From Thermoleophilia bacterium (lineage in GTDB: Bacteria; Actinomycetota; Thermoleophilia; BMS3ABIN01), in the NCBI GenBank assembly GCA_014874265.1, contig JACWAM010000109.1, positions 4,808-68,807 on the forward strand: DNA of 64,000 nt, written 5' to 3'. The number at the start of each line of letters is the position of its first letter. Position 1 is the first letter of the stretch. Below the pieces are notes generated by a model. That model had not been told where the DNA came from, made no database searches, and saw nothing but the letters and a program-made list of their open reading frames with translations. Made by a program: the position numbers and the translations under genes. This document shows, in pieces, positions 48,420 to 57,108 of the stretch.

Positions 48420-49082
48420 CTATCCGGTCGCCCCGGATTCCTCTCCGGCAGGTTGTCCGCCCTCGGGCGCCGCCTCGGCTGCTTCCGCTTCCTCCGCAGC
48501 TCCCACCGGCATCTCTTCCGGCGCCAGCGTGGGCGTCATCACGCTGGCTACCTGCGAATCGGGGTCATTGAGGATTTCGACGCCCTCAGGCGCTGTAATA
48601 CCCGCTACCTTAATCGAAGAGCCGATCTGCATCTCATCAACCGCTACGGTGATATGCTCGGGGATATCGGCAGGAAGGCAGCGGATATGCAGCTCCCGAA
48701 GCGTATGGTCCATGATGCCGCCATCGCGCACACCGATGGCGTTACCGGTTAGCTCAAGACGGACATTTGCCTCAACCGGCTGGTCCATCCGAACCTCCAT
48801 GAAATCCACGTGCAGCACTCCGGCGCCGGCGGGATTGCTCTGGTATTCCTTGAGGATAACCGGATGCTCCTTCTTCTTGCCATCAAACGAAAGCGTCAGA
48901 ATAGCGGCGCCACCCTCGTGTCCGAGCGCCTTTTTCAGAGATTTCTCCTCCACCGCGAGCGGGATGGAGACGTCTCCGGAACCGTAAAGCACTCCGGGAA
49001 TCCACCCGGTCCGGCGCAGACGCCTGGCCTCGGAGCTGCCAAAACTTTCCCTCTCTTTAACTTTCAATTCCACCTTTTTCAC
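48420..49082 (-). CDS. ctc: 50S ribosomal protein L25 / general stress protein Ctc.
   Basis: L25 N-domain plus an acidic C-terminal extension. It sits between pth and prs as in Firmicutes. Confidence 0.8.
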   Translation of the reverse strand: MKKVELKVKERESFGSSEARRLRRTGWIPGVLYGSGDVSIPLAVEEKSLKKALGHEGGAAILTLSFDGKKKEHPVILKEYQSNPAGAGVLHVDFMEVRMDQPVEANVRLELTGNAIGVRDGGIMDHTLRELHIRCLPADIPEHITVAVDEMQIGSSIKVAGITAPEGVEILNDPDSQVASVMTPTLAPEEMPVGAAEEAEAAEAAPEGGQPAGEESGATG

Positions 49083-49102
49083 TGAAACCTCAATTCATTT
49101 TG

Positions 49103-49164
49103 TTCAAAGTTCCAAGTTCAAAGTTGTGGTAACCCCAAGTTCGTTGAACTTGGAACCTTGAACT
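49103..49164. repeat. Large imperfect inverted repeat (about 23-bp arms) built from GTTCAAAG/TTGGAAC units, between ctc and prs.
   Basis: GTTCAAAGTTCCAAGTTCAAAGTTG...tggtaacccca...CGTTGAACTTGGAACCTTGAAC. The arms are 21/23 complementary. Confidence 0.7.
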
Positions 49165-50158
49165 AAAACAGCTGGTCGTCGCCCTCGAACAGCCGGCTCA
49201 CCGATTCGTCCAGAAATACCGACTGGATTGTGTCGGCGAGTGTTGAGGCCGTCGACAGCACCTTGATCTTCCCGGCGCTTTTCTCCGGGTTCAGCGACAG
49301 CGTATCGGTAACCACCACTTCCTTGATCGGCGAATCTTCCAGCCGCTCGTAGGCGGGACCGGACAGCACGGCGTGGGTGCATGCTGAATAGACCTCCCGC
49401 GCTCCCATGCCGGTCAGCGTTTCCGCTCCCGCCTTCATGGTGCCGGCGGTGTCGATCATGTCGTCGACCATGATGGCGACCTTATCTTTGACGTCGCCGA
49501 TAACCGCCATGATCTCGGCCACATTATGCTCCGGCCTTGTCTTCGTCAGAATAGCCAGATCCACCTTGGGGCCAAGCTTCTCGGCAAACTTCTTGGCCCG
49601 CTTAACGCCGCCGACATCCGGAGAAACGACAACGACTTCCTCCTCCGGTATCTGCTTGAGCCGGAAGTAGCCGGATATGATCGATAACGCCGTCATGTGA
49701 TCGACCGGTATATTGAAAAATCCCTGTACCTGGCCCTGGTGTAAATCCATGGTCAGAACCCGGTCGGCCCCCGCCACTTGCAGCAAATCCGCAACCAGCT
49801 TGGCGCTAATTGGCTCGCGGCCGGCGGATTTCTTGTCCTGGCGGCAATATCCCATCCACGGCATGACAGCCGTAATCCGCCGCGCCGAGGCCAGCCGCGC
49901 CGCCTGGATCATAATCAGTAACTCCATCAGGTTTTCATTGACGGGGTCGCTTGTGGACTGGATTAGAAAAACATCGCTGCCGCGAATGTTCTCCCGGTAC
50001 CGGACATATATCTCGCCGTTACTGAAGGTCTTGGTTTCAATGTCGCCAAGTTTGATATGAAGGGTTTCCGCTATTTTCTCCCCCAGCCCGGGGACGCTGC
50101 GGCCGCAGAAGACCATCAGGCGCTTGCTTTTCTGTGCCTGAATGCTGCTCGGAGTCAC
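49163..50158 (-). CDS. prs: Ribose-phosphate pyrophosphokinase.
   Basis: PRPP-synthetase motifs (DLHQGQVQGFF, VVSPDVGGVKRA). Confidence 0.9.
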   Translation of the reverse strand: MTPSSIQAQKSKRLMVFCGRSVPGLGEKIAETLHIKLGDIETKTFSNGEIYVRYRENIRGSDVFLIQSTSDPVNENLMELLIMIQAARLASARRITAVMPWMGYCRQDKKSAGREPISAKLVADLLQVAGADRVLTMDLHQGQVQGFFNIPVDHMTALSIISGYFRLKQIPEEEVVVVSPDVGGVKRAKKFAEKLGPKVDLAILTKTRPEHNVAEIMAVIGDVKDKVAIMVDDMIDTAGTMKAGAETLTGMGAREVYSACTHAVLSGPAYERLEDSPIKEVVVTDTLSLNPEKSAGKIKVLSTASTLADTIQSVFLDESVSRLFEGDDQLF

Positions 50159-51606
50159 TCGTTTTCCTCCTTAGGTGCAAATTTTTTTCTGGCGTACCCC
50201 TCGATGTTCATTTGCTCGGGGCGCGAAATGCCCAGCGCTCCCGGGGGAACGTCCCTGGTGATCACCGATCCGGCCCCGGTCACGGCGCCGTCTCCAACAC
50301 TGACCGGAGCTACGAACACCGTGTCGGCGCCGGTATGGACGCTGGCGCCGATAACTGTCCGCGACTTGCTCTTGCCGTCATAGTTGGCGGTGATGTTGCC
50401 CGCCCCAATATTGGTCCCGGCGCCGATCTCGGCGTCGCCAATATAGCTCAGATGAGGCACTTTCGAACCTTCATGCACGATGGAGTTCTTGATCTCCACG
50501 AAAGTCCCGACCTTGGCTCCCGGTAAAATCCGGGCGCCGGGCCTGAGATACGCAAAGGGACCAATGGTACAGCCGCTGCCGATCTCCGCCTGAAATACAC
50601 AGGACGAAACCAGCGTCACACCATCATCTATCACGGCATCAACGACGCGGCTGGAAGGCCCGATCACGCAATCTTCCCCTATCTGGGTAGTGCCGGCCAA
50701 CATCGTCATCGGCTCGAGCACCGTGTCGCGGCCGATCTTCACCTCCGCATCCACATAAGTCGAGGCGGGATCGGTCACCGTGACTCCCTGCCGCATATGA
50801 TGATCGAGGATGCGCGTGCGCATGATCCCGGCTGCCTCGGCAAGCTCCCCGCGAGAGTTTACCCCTATCGTGACGGCCGGATCCGCTACCTCATGCGCCA
50901 TCACGGGCTGGCCCCGGGAAGCAAGTATCCCGATCACGTCCGTCAGATAGACTTCTCCCTGGGCGTTCTCGCTGCCAACATCGGAAAGAGCTTCCCATAA
51001 CGCCCCCGGCTCAAAGATGTAAACGCCGGCGTTAATCTCGCAAATTTTTTTCTCGTCTTCACTGGCATCGCGATCCTCGACTATGCGAGTCACGCGGCTG
51101 TCAGCGTCGCGGCACACCCGTCCGTAATGAGACGGGTCGCCAACAGCCACCGTCATCAGCGTGCAGGCGGGCCTGTGCATCCGGTGCGCCTGGAGCAAGC
51201 CCTGAAGCTCTTCGCTGGTAATCAGGGGCGTGTCGCCATACATCACCAGAATATCGCCGCTAAAACCATCCAGCGGCCGCTTTGCCGCCCGGACTGCGTC
51301 CCCTGTTCCCAGCTGCCGCTCCTGGATGGCAACCTCCGCGTTCTGAGGCAGAACCTGGTGAACATCATCGGCGGCTTGCGGGGCGAGCACAATCAGCATC
51401 CGGTCTGGTGACAAGGCGCCAGCGGCGTCACCTACCCAGGCAATCATCGGGCGCCCGCACACATCATGGAGCACCTTGGGCCGCTTTGATTTCATCCGCG
51501 TACCCAGACCCGCCGCGAGGACGACAACGGCCAGCCGGCGGCGCGCTTCTTCAGCTGGTGAAAACTGCATTTCGCTCCGGGTTCTCGCTCGGGATTCCTT
51601 TGGCAA
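50155..51606 (-). CDS. glmU: Bifunctional UDP-N-acetylglucosamine pyrophosphorylase / glucosamine-1-phosphate N-acetyltransferase.
   Basis: LAAGLGTRMKS N-terminus and C-terminal hexapeptide (LbH) repeats. 483 aa. Confidence 0.9.
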   Translation of the reverse strand: MPKESRARTRSEMQFSPAEEARRRLAVVVLAAGLGTRMKSKRPKVLHDVCGRPMIAWVGDAAGALSPDRMLIVLAPQAADDVHQVLPQNAEVAIQERQLGTGDAVRAAKRPLDGFSGDILVMYGDTPLITSEELQGLLQAHRMHRPACTLMTVAVGDPSHYGRVCRDADSRVTRIVEDRDASEDEKKICEINAGVYIFEPGALWEALSDVGSENAQGEVYLTDVIGILASRGQPVMAHEVADPAVTIGVNSRGELAEAAGIMRTRILDHHMRQGVTVTDPASTYVDAEVKIGRDTVLEPMTMLAGTTQIGEDCVIGPSSRVVDAVIDDGVTLVSSCVFQAEIGSGCTIGPFAYLRPGARILPGAKVGTFVEIKNSIVHEGSKVPHLSYIGDAEIGAGTNIGAGNITANYDGKSKSRTVIGASVHTGADTVFVAPVSVGDGAVTGAGSVITRDVPPGALGISRPEQMNIEGYARKKFAPKEENE

Positions 51607-51669
51607 ACAGTGCTCTCCGGCAGGCAGCAGATCCCGAAAGCAGCAATATTATCCAGAATCCGATGCATG

Positions 51670-51744
51670 CTGGCTGGGGCGGGAGGATTCGAACCTCCGA
51701 ATCACGGGACCAAAACCCGTTGCCTTACCACTTGGCTACGCCCC
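51670..51744 (-). tRNA. tRNA-Gln (anticodon UUG).
   Basis: The reverse complement reads UGGGGCGUAGCCAAGUGGUAAGGCAACGGGUUUUGGUCCCGUGAUUCGGAGGUUCGAAUCCUCCCGCCCCAGCCA. It has a U1-A72 pair and the T-loop GGTTCGAAT, and closely matches E. coli tRNA-Gln. Confidence 0.8.
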
Positions 51745-51889
51745 ATGGGCAGCCAGCGAAGGCCGAAAGAGTATATCACAAAGCAGATTCTGGATGCATG
51801 ATCTGGACGCTGGATCAGAAAAGAAAAGGCGGCCGGCCAACCGTACCGGGGTTATAAATCAGGCCTGCGGATGCACCCGCGGAAAAACG

Positions 51890-52312
51890 TCAGGCCGCTC
51901 GTCCTTTGCCGGCGGCAGAGACGGGAGTAAGCTCGCGGGGGACCATCCGGCTCAGAAATTTGGCAGACTCAGACGGTATTGCCTTGCTTAATGCTTCCAG
52001 GACCGATTCAACCGCAGTGCGGGCATCACGGTAGCTCTCGTACCTGCCTGCCTGCTGCACCCTGAGAATGAAATGCCGAGGGCCCAAAGCCGCTTCGGCT
52101 GTCCTTGCCGAGCCGGCGCGAAATCCAATCGGAGCATAGCTCCAGATCTGAGAGACTTCCTCGGGCAGCGTCTTCCTCATCGCTTCGGAAGCTGCCGGAG
52201 CCATCCAGGATTTGATGGTAGCAAAAACGGAATGGGCCGCCCGCCGGGCCTCCCGTTCGAGGCTGTATCCGCCTTTTTTCTTGACTGTGCTCAAGAAACC
52301 GGTGCTGCTCAT
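51890..52312 (-). CDS. Hypothetical protein (possibly a DUF2267-like fold).
   Basis: 140-aa ORF between ispE and the tRNA. No motif identified. Confidence 0.35.
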   Translation of the reverse strand: MSSTGFLSTVKKKGGYSLEREARRAAHSVFATIKSWMAPAASEAMRKTLPEEVSQIWSYAPIGFRAGSARTAEAALGPRHFILRVQQAGRYESYRDARTAVESVLEALSKAIPSESAKFLSRMVPRELTPVSAAGKGRAA

Positions 52313-52648
52313 TTTCTTACTCCTTCCCCGGCCCAGGTTCTTATAATGTTGGCCTCACGCATTATAAAATGTTAAACAGTCCGCTAAAGCGCGGGCGGCG
52401 GGCAAAGCCAGCCGATCCTGCCGGTTCTGACTGGCCTTGCCCGCCAGGGTGGGGGTACCCAACTTTAAAAAATTTCTGCCCGGGGCTTCTCGCTCGTGAA
52501 AAAGCCTGCGCGAACATTTTACCCGGCCATTATAATTAGAGAATCGGGGAAAACGCCGAAAGCAAGGCAAGAAAATCCCTGAGGAATTTATAACCGAAAA
52601 ACGGAAACCGAAACTTCGGCAACCGGGAGAACTTTGGGGCCGTTGATT

Positions 52649-53527
52649 CTAATTGACCGGCTGAAGCGCCCAAGCTTGCGGGAAATCAAGGCGCATCTTT
52701 TCTGCGGCTGCATTCGCGCTTTTCTGGTCGGGAAAAATCCCGAAAACCGTCGGACCGCTGCCGCTGACGAGCGCTCCGGCGGCGCCGCAGGCGAGAAGCT
52801 CCCGCCGCGCAGTAACGATGTCCTCGCATAGGGAAACTGCCGCCGGTTCCAGATCATTGTGAAGCAGGGAGGCAATGCCGCCTGTACCATAGGCATTATG
52901 GAGCTCATGTCGCAGTCTGCTCTCATGCGCGGCCAGATCGCTACCGCCCGTCTCGTCGAACCTGTTATAAACCTTCCCCGACGCGAGCCGGCAATCCGGC
53001 GTTACCAGCACCAGAAAATGTTCGGGGACGCGGGTTCCTTCAAGGATCTCACCGGCGCCACTAGCCAGCTGCGGTCCCCGCGTCAGAAAAAAAGGCACGT
53101 CGGCGCCAACAGCCAGCGCCACTTGCGCCAGATCCTGGCCGTTGATATCCAGACCGAATACCGCCGCCAGCAGCTGCAAAGCCGCGGCGGCATCGGAGCT
53201 GCCGCCGCCGAGCCCGGCCGCCACCGGTATCCGTTTGACAATTTCGATCTCCACATCCAAGGAAACACTCGTTTCCCTGGAAAGCAGCCGCGCCGCCTTC
53301 ATCACGATATTCTCGGCGGCAGGAATATCCATTCCGGTCAGTGAGACGCCGCTGCCGGGTTTGGCCCGGCAAACGCGGAGGGCATCGTAGAGGCTGACCT
53401 TCTCCATTAGAGAGAAGACCGGATGATAACTGTCGCCGCGCCGGGGACCGGCAAAGAGAAACAGGTTAATCTTTGCCGGCGCCCGCGCCTCCAGCCAGTC
53501 CCTATGACAATCCTGGCTCGCCGTCAT
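52649..53527 (-). CDS. ispE: 4-diphosphocytidyl-2-C-methyl-D-erythritol kinase.
   Basis: AKINLFL N-terminus and a GHMP kinase motif (GLGGGSSDAAA). Confidence 0.85.
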   Translation of the reverse strand: MTASQDCHRDWLEARAPAKINLFLFAGPRRGDSYHPVFSLMEKVSLYDALRVCRAKPGSGVSLTGMDIPAAENIVMKAARLLSRETSVSLDVEIEIVKRIPVAAGLGGGSSDAAAALQLLAAVFGLDINGQDLAQVALAVGADVPFFLTRGPQLASGAGEILEGTRVPEHFLVLVTPDCRLASGKVYNRFDETGGSDLAAHESRLRHELHNAYGTGGIASLLHNDLEPAAVSLCEDIVTARRELLACGAAGALVSGSGPTVFGIFPDQKSANAAAEKMRLDFPQAWALQPVN

Positions 53528-54395
53528 GAGCGTCCTCCAGTAATCGCGCCAGCTGCCAGAACTGCGCCGGCGACAGCATCTGCGGCCTGACGCCGGCCGC
53601 GAGTCCCATCCGGGACAGAAGACCCAGGGTCAGCTTTTTCCGGCCTCGGGCATCGAGCCGGCCAAGGGCCGGGGGCAGCGACTTTGCCGGAACATCTGCA
53701 AGGCTGTTTACCAAAGTTTTCCGCCGGTGCCGGAAGGCGGCCTGAGCTACCTGTTTTATCAGAGGCAGCTCACCCAGCGAAGGTTCGGCGCCTTGCCGGC
53801 GGTTAAATGAAACCAGAACCGATCTCACACGCGGCTGCGGATAGAAAACGGTCCGCGGCACCTTCCGCGCGGATTTTTTTTCCGTAAACAGCTGGATTAT
53901 TACCGAGATGCTTCCATACGCGGGCAGTCCGGGAGCGGCAAACAACCGGTCGCCGATCTCCTTCTGCACCATCAGGCACCACAGCTGGATCGTGGGCGCT
54001 TCTTCAAGGCTCTTCATTACCAGCGGCGCAGCCACATGGTAGGGCAGATTGGAGACAAATTTGGTCGGCGGCGGAACCAGTGCTCCAAACGGCAGCTTCA
54101 TCGCGTCCACCTGACGCAGGCTGAAATTCGTGGCGCCGGAAAATTCCTGCTCCAGCAGCGCCGCCAGCCGCCGGTCGACTTCAACCGCATGGACGTGCCC
54201 GGAGAGCCTGACAAGCAGCTCGGTAAGCACACCAGCGCCCGGTCCGACCTCAAGGACGGTGTCCGCTGCGTTCAGTGACGCCATCCGTTCGATTACGCCC
54301 AGAATATTCGCGTCAATCAGAAAATTCTGTCCCAGCGAACGATCCGCAACGATGCCGCTTAGCCGCAGCCGTTTTAGGGGAGAGAGGCCGGTCAT
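53502..54395 (-). CDS. rsmA: 16S rRNA (adenine1518/1519-N6)-dimethyltransferase.
   Basis: LGQNFLID motif and SAM-binding EVGPGAGVLT. Confidence 0.85.
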   Translation of the reverse strand: MTGLSPLKRLRLSGIVADRSLGQNFLIDANILGVIERMASLNAADTVLEVGPGAGVLTELLVRLSGHVHAVEVDRRLAALLEQEFSGATNFSLRQVDAMKLPFGALVPPPTKFVSNLPYHVAAPLVMKSLEEAPTIQLWCLMVQKEIGDRLFAAPGLPAYGSISVIIQLFTEKKSARKVPRTVFYPQPRVRSVLVSFNRRQGAEPSLGELPLIKQVAQAAFRHRRKTLVNSLADVPAKSLPPALGRLDARGRKKLTLGLLSRMGLAAGVRPQMLSPAQFWQLARLLEDAHDGEPGLS

Positions 54396-54449
54396 CTGCT
54401 TGGGAGCCTCCAGGTTGGCGCGAGTTTCCGGCAGACGCTGCCCACGATT

Positions 54450-55208
54450 CTACTTTTCGGGACCGCTTTTAACAGTGGCGACGGCGGCCTGCCGCCGGCG
54501 TCGTCTCCAGATCGCATAAAACACAGCCAGAACTACCGCGGCCAGAACCGGGTAGTCAAGCAGATGCAGCTTGTCGTAGATGCTTTGCCAGTTCTCGCCC
54601 ACCTTATAACCAACAAACGCCAGCATCAGCGACCAGGGAATCGAGCCGGCCAAGGTGTAAGCGGAAAAACGGGCAAAAGGCATCCGTCCAATTCCCGCCG
54701 GCAGCGAAATGAACGTGCGGATGACCGGCAGCATCCGGGAAAAAAATACGGCGGGGCTACCGTATCTTGCCCACCATTTGTCCGCCATATCAAGTTTGTC
54801 ACTTGACAACAAAATATATTTACCATAACGCTCGAGCGCGCTGCGGCCACCGTATCTGCCGGCCGCGTATGCCAGCCAGGAACCGGCCATGTTTCCGGCG
54901 ACGCCCGCGGCCGTCACCTCCAGAAGCGTCATTTTGCCCTGGGCAACCTGGAAGCCGCCCAGAAGCATGATGACCTCGCTGGGAATAGGGATGCAGGCGC
55001 TCTCAAGCGCCATCAGAAGAAAAACGGCGATGACGCCGTACGGGCCGATTGTATCCGTGGCCAGATTTATAAGCGGGCCGACGATGTGCTGCAAGCTTCC
55101 TCCTGGAATAACGAACCTGATTAAAGAGTACCCTTTGCCGGCAGTCAAGTAAAATTTTCCGGTACCGGCCGCTACAGATTTTACCGTCTTCTGCCGACTA
55201 TTTCTCAT
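54450..55208 (-). CDS. DedA/SNARE-associated family membrane protein.
   Basis: Typical DedA core (LLMALESACIPIPSEVIM...GRYGG). 252 aa. Confidence 0.7.
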   Translation of the reverse strand: MRNSRQKTVKSVAAGTGKFYLTAGKGYSLIRFVIPGGSLQHIVGPLINLATDTIGPYGVIAVFLLMALESACIPIPSEVIMLLGGFQVAQGKMTLLEVTAAGVAGNMAGSWLAYAAGRYGGRSALERYGKYILLSSDKLDMADKWWARYGSPAVFFSRMLPVIRTFISLPAGIGRMPFARFSAYTLAGSIPWSLMLAFVGYKVGENWQSIYDKLHLLDYPVLAAVVLAVFYAIWRRRRRQAAVATVKSGPEK

Positions 55209-55243
55209 ATTACGGGCTAAGGGTATTCCCCGAGGGACTTTCC

Positions 55244-56197
55244 GTGAAGAACAACGCGCGCGAGAACATTATTGGTAGCGGTGCGCCCAGGCGCTCCGGC
55301 TTTACCATCGCCGGCAAAATCATGTTCGCGAACTGTGGCATCGTGGCCGTGGGCGCATTCATCGGCACCTGGCTGGCTCAGGCGCATGCCGAAGAATCCG
55401 CTTACATCCTGGGAACCGTGCTTTTCTCCGGGGGACTGCTTATCAGCCTCCCGGTTAACTATCTGGCCGCCAGAACTGCATTAAAGCCGCTCCGGCAGCT
55501 GGCCGAATCCATGGAAGCCGTGCGCCAGGGAAACCTGGAGACAGCCGTTGATATCCGGCTCGCCGACCCGCAAATAAAGAGGCTGTCGTCGAGTTACAAT
55601 ACGATGCTGCAATGGATCAGGGAGGACCGGAAGACCATTGAGAAGCTGTCCCTGATCGACCCTCTCACAGAGGTGGGAAATACCCGGGCGCTCAACCGGG
55701 GCCTGGAAACGGAAATTGCCCGCATTGACCGGTACGGCAACAACATGCCGGCAGCGTTTTCCTTTTTGATTATCGATCTGGACAACTTTAAGGAGATCAA
55801 CGATACGTACGGGCACCTGACCGGTGATGCCGTGCTAAAAGAAATGGCGGACCTGCTTCAGAAAAGTCTGCGCAAGACAGACACGACGCTGGCAGCCCTG
55901 AAACATTATCGCTTTGGCGGTGACGAATTCGTTGTCATCGCCCCCCACACCTCGGTGGCGGGCGCTCGTCTGCTTGTGGAGAGGCTTAACCGGACTATCT
56001 GCAGTTATCCGTTCCGTACGCACGACGGCGCTTTGCTCAGCAAGTCCCCTACCGGTCCCTTGAGCGCTTCGATTGGCTGCGCCAGCTATCCGGAAGAGAC
56101 CACAAATGCTGATGATCTGATGGACCTGGCTGACAAGAGAATGTACGCGATGAAGGAAGGCCGGTCCCGATCGAGGTTCTTCGAGCAGGCTGGTTAG
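55244..56197 (+). CDS. Membrane-anchored diguanylate cyclase (HAMP-like linker plus GGDEF).
   Basis: RFGGDEF active site and I-site RxxD context. N-terminal TM helices. Confidence 0.75.
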   Translation: MKNNARENIIGSGAPRRSGFTIAGKIMFANCGIVAVGAFIGTWLAQAHAEESAYILGTVLFSGGLLISLPVNYLAARTALKPLRQLAESMEAVRQGNLETAVDIRLADPQIKRLSSSYNTMLQWIREDRKTIEKLSLIDPLTEVGNTRALNRGLETEIARIDRYGNNMPAAFSFLIIDLDNFKEINDTYGHLTGDAVLKEMADLLQKSLRKTDTTLAALKHYRFGGDEFVVIAPHTSVAGARLLVERLNRTICSYPFRTHDGALLSKSPTGPLSASIGCASYPEETTNADDLMDLADKRMYAMKEGRSRSRFFEQAG

Positions 56198-56427
56198 ACC
56201 TATCCCGGTAAGAAACAACCGGAGCGAGGCCTGGCGAAAAGTATCAGAGGCGGGAAAACAGTATAAAAAAAGTCCGGAGTCGCACCTGTAGGTACATCGA
56301 GGAACTTTGCTCGATGACGCCGCCCGTGGCCCTTTTCAACCGGCCGCAGCAAGTTTGGAAGCCGTGGTATTGACTATTTGGGGCGTTTCGCGATGCGCCT
56401 GATATTCCTGCCAACCGGTTTCCATGA

Positions 56428-56487
56428 AGAAGGGGCAATTGCCGCTTCTTCTTGGCGGGGGCGCAACTTGCGCCCCCGCTTTTCAAG
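56428..56487 (+). terminator. Tandem GC-rich hairpins followed by TTTT (terminator or attenuator-like) on the plus strand.
   Basis: The palindrome aagaaggggcaattgccgcttctt is followed by gcgggggcgcaa-c-ttgcgcccccgc and then ttttcaag. Confidence 0.4.
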
Positions 56488-56648
56488 TTCAAGGTTAACA
56501 AGTTCATAATTCAAAATCCGAAAATCAAGAGCAGAGCGGATTCCTCGGTAAAGGTAGAGGCGAACACAGCGAGAGGGCGGCCCGTACGGGCCGCCCTCTC
56601 CTCCTTGAGGCGCAGCGAGCTGCGCCATTCCTGCTTTGTTTGTCGCCT

Positions 56649-56774
56649 TTACGGCGCCGGCGGAACCACTACGCTGCACTGCCAGCCCGAGCACTCGAAG
56701 GTGATTTCCTTCAGGTTCTCGTGCTTCACCAGCTCAGGCTTGGCATAGGGTTCCCGCGTTGTTTCTTTAGTCAT
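56649..56774 (-). CDS. Small peptide (41 aa), paralog of the peptide at 17822..17944.
   Basis: ATG preceded by a GAGGAG Shine-Dalgarno (6-nt spacing). Translation: MTKETTREPYAKPELVKHENLKEITFECSGWQCSVVVPPAP. Two strong palindromic hairpins (56609..56626, 56571..56600) lie just downstream on the minus strand. Confidence 0.6.
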   Translation of the reverse strand: MTKETTREPYAKPELVKHENLKEITFECSGWQCSVVVPPAP

Positions 56775-57108
56775 TGCGGTTTCTCCTCTTTTCTTTGCCT
56801 TAATTGCCATTTTCCTGGTTCAGTGCCTAGGGATACGTATACGAGTTTCCGCACTCATCCTGGGCGCTCGCGGTGACGCTTGTGTGGAACCATGTTACGC
56901 CCGAAGGGATGTTGTACTTGACAGTCACCGTGGCCGACAGGCCGGTGGCGATATTGGTCGCCGCCGAAGGTATGCCGGAGCTGACGGTGACGCCGTTGTT
57001 GCTGGCGCTGCCGGTGAACTGGGCGCCCGCCGCATTCGGGCTGGTGGCATGGCCGCTGCTTTGAAATTTAACGGCAATCCCCTCAGCTCGCGCAAAAAGC
57101 CAAGATAT

